From: an uncultured Clostridia bacterium
GTDB lineage: Bacteria > Bacillota > Clostridia > Oscillospirales > Oscillospiraceae
Direction of reading: 5' to 3'
Assembly: GCA_947176425.1 (NCBI GenBank)
Contig: CAMWQV010000019.1
Location: 1-12,309 of the forward strand
DNA length: 12,309 nt
This document shows positions 11,460 to 12,309 of this stretch, in pieces. The notes under the pieces were generated by a model. That model ran no database searches. It was not told where the DNA came from and worked only from the letters and a program-made list of their open reading frames with translations. The translations under genes were made by a program, and so were the position numbers. Numbering within the stretch: position 1 is the stretch's first letter; each line of letters opens with the position of its first letter.

Positions 11460-12080
11460 GTGTACACCATAAAAAAGTACATATTTTTGAAGAATAATCT
11501 TTTGACCCTCGCCCTTTTCGCAGCCATCAGCGCCGTGTTTACTTCGGCTCTGTGCGTATCCTACGAGCTGGGTCGGGCGGCTGAGGGCAGTGAATGGACT
11601 GAGCAGCTGATCAGCGAAACGCAGGAGGCCATGGAACGCAGGCAGATCGTGACCATAGCCCCGCAGGATATCCCAATGGTGGCAGTGTCGGCGGTACCAC
11701 TGCCGCTCCAGATTCCCTATCGGGAGGATGTGCCCCTGAGCCAGGAACTGCAAGCCGTCCTCCTGGAAGCCTGCGAGGAGACTGGTGTGGAGTACGCCGT
11801 GGCCCTCGGTGTGATCGAAGTCGAAAGCGACTTTCACGAGGACGCCTATAACGGCTGCTCCGGCTGCTACGGCTTAATGCAGCTAAACCCGGCCTACTTT
11901 CCGGACAACCTCTCCCCAGCGGACAACATCCGGGTAGGGGTGGCTTACCTGGCAGACTGCATTGCGCGGTACAACGACCTGGAGGCTGGGCTGACCACCT
12001 ACAACGCAGGATATGACACAGGCAGCCGCTGGTACGCCGAGGCTGTGCTGGAGGCAGCGGAGCGGTGGGAGGGCGCATAG
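11460..12080 (+). CDS. Membrane-anchored SLT-domain lytic transglycosylase
   Basis: ORF track 11460..12080. The N-terminal TM segment is LLTLALFAAISAVFTSALCV. SLT motifs present are VIEVESDF (catalytic Glu), GLMQL and TYNAGY. The start is uncertain, as the GTG at 11460 lacks a well-spaced SD. Confidence 0.8.
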   Translation: MYTIKKYIFLKNNLLTLALFAAISAVFTSALCVSYELGRAAEGSEWTEQLISETQEAMERRQIVTIAPQDIPMVAVSAVPLPLQIPYREDVPLSQELQAVLLEACEETGVEYAVALGVIEVESDFHEDAYNGCSGCYGLMQLNPAYFPDNLSPADNIRVGVAYLADCIARYNDLEAGLTTYNAGYDTGSRWYAEAVLEAAERWEGA

Positions 12081-12133
12081 TCCCTAAGCAACCACGATTT
12101 GACACCCTAAAAAAATCATTGGAGGTTATACAA

Positions 12134-12309
12134 ATGAACGACATCAACATCAACATCAATGTCAAAGCCCCGGAACTGGTGGACGCAGTCAAGCAACTGT
12201 TCACAGTAATCATTCGTGGCGCCAGCCCTGCGGCCCCGGTCATGGAGGCCCCGACTGCCCCCGCGCCTATCACCACGACTGCCACTCCGCCCCTGGCGGT
12301 TCCCATGGC
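12134..12309 (+). CDS. 5' part of a protein with a short N-terminal domain and an Ala/Pro/Thr-rich linker (runs off the window)
   Basis: SD GGAGG lies 8 nt upstream of the ATG at 12134. The sequence is MNDININININVKAPELVDAVKQLFTVIIRGASPAAPVMEAPTAPAPITTTATPPLAVPM, and the frame is open to the window end. Confidence 0.6.
   Translation, partial: MNDINININVKAPELVDAVKQLFTVIIRGASPAAPVMEAPTAPAPITTTATPPLAVPM

Larger units (their letters stand above)
1..12309. mobile_element. Segment of a temperate phage / phage-like integrative element (lysis cassette, accessory block, serine recombinase, ImmA/XRE immunity switch, early genes)
   Basis: Gene content and order are read from the translations. Holin plus CHAP endolysin is followed by a large serine recombinase, an ImmA-like HEXXH peptidase and an XRE HTH repressor with divergent promoters. 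No recognisable host housekeeping gene occurs anywhere in the window. Confidence 0.8.

Noticed and set aside
12143-12160. Hexamer repeat ATCAAC-ATCAAC-ATCAAT (encodes ININ-IN) as a possible phase-variable tract
   Set aside because: There are only three units, the last one is imperfect, and the repeat is in frame, so slippage would not switch expression. It was noted but judged not significant.
11611-12306. 231-aa minus-strand ORF antisense to the SLT gene
   Set aside because: Its composition is extreme in Arg/Pro/Gly/Ala with no SD. It is antisense to a gene with clear SLT catalytic motifs, making it a classic GC-rich shadow ORF.
1-12309. Search for CRISPR arrays, rRNA or tRNA genes, IS elements or transposases
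   Set aside because: No regularly spaced direct repeats, no rRNA-like or tRNA-like sequence and no transposase-like ORF were found. The only recombinase is the serine integrase.

Overview
The window reads as a contiguous piece of a temperate phage or phage-like integrative element from a GC-rich Firmicutes/Clostridia-type host. The host assignment is inferred from SD-led genes, a Spo0A-type domain and the endolysin type. All family calls come from motifs I recognise by eye, since no searches were run.

Layout, left to right:
- 1-1935 (+): end of the late operon and a lysis cassette, comprising a 3-TM membrane protein, a Gp49-like protein, a small holin and a CHAP endolysin with an SH3-like wall-binding tail. 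A strong terminator follows.
- 1976-4300: accessory (moron-like) block. It holds four tiny minus-strand genes, two of them hydrophobic peptides missed by the ORF track, under a palindromic operator shared with a divergent ribbon-helix-helix (RHH) gene. It also holds a second convergent RHH-like gene and a receiver-less Spo0A C-terminal DNA-binding domain protein.
- 4388-5779 (-): large serine recombinase, with a 52-bp imperfect inverted repeat just past its stop codon as a candidate att site.
- 5999-7204: a strongly AT-rich island carrying a 332-aa protein with an RNxxxH (HEPN-like) motif and a DUF3644-like N-terminus. On the opposite strand it is bracketed by a near-consensus promoter, a roughly 90-nt structured RNA candidate and an intrinsic terminator.
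- 7257-8552: ImmA/IrrE metallopeptidase and an XRE repressor. They are convergent with 44-nt overlapping 3' ends. A switch region follows with a perfect TTGACA-17-TATAAT promoter and two TTCAAC-N3-GTTGAA operators.
- 8556-12309: early-type small genes on the plus strand. Two self-contained minus-strand cassettes, each with its own promoter, are nested antisense inside this block. It ends with a membrane-anchored SLT lytic transglycosylase and a partial gene.

No rRNA, tRNA, CRISPR array or transposase was seen. The most interesting candidates are the HEPN-like gene with its antisense RNA bracket, the stand-alone Spo0A_C protein, the operator-controlled tiny membrane peptides, and the face-to-face promoter architecture of the immunity region.
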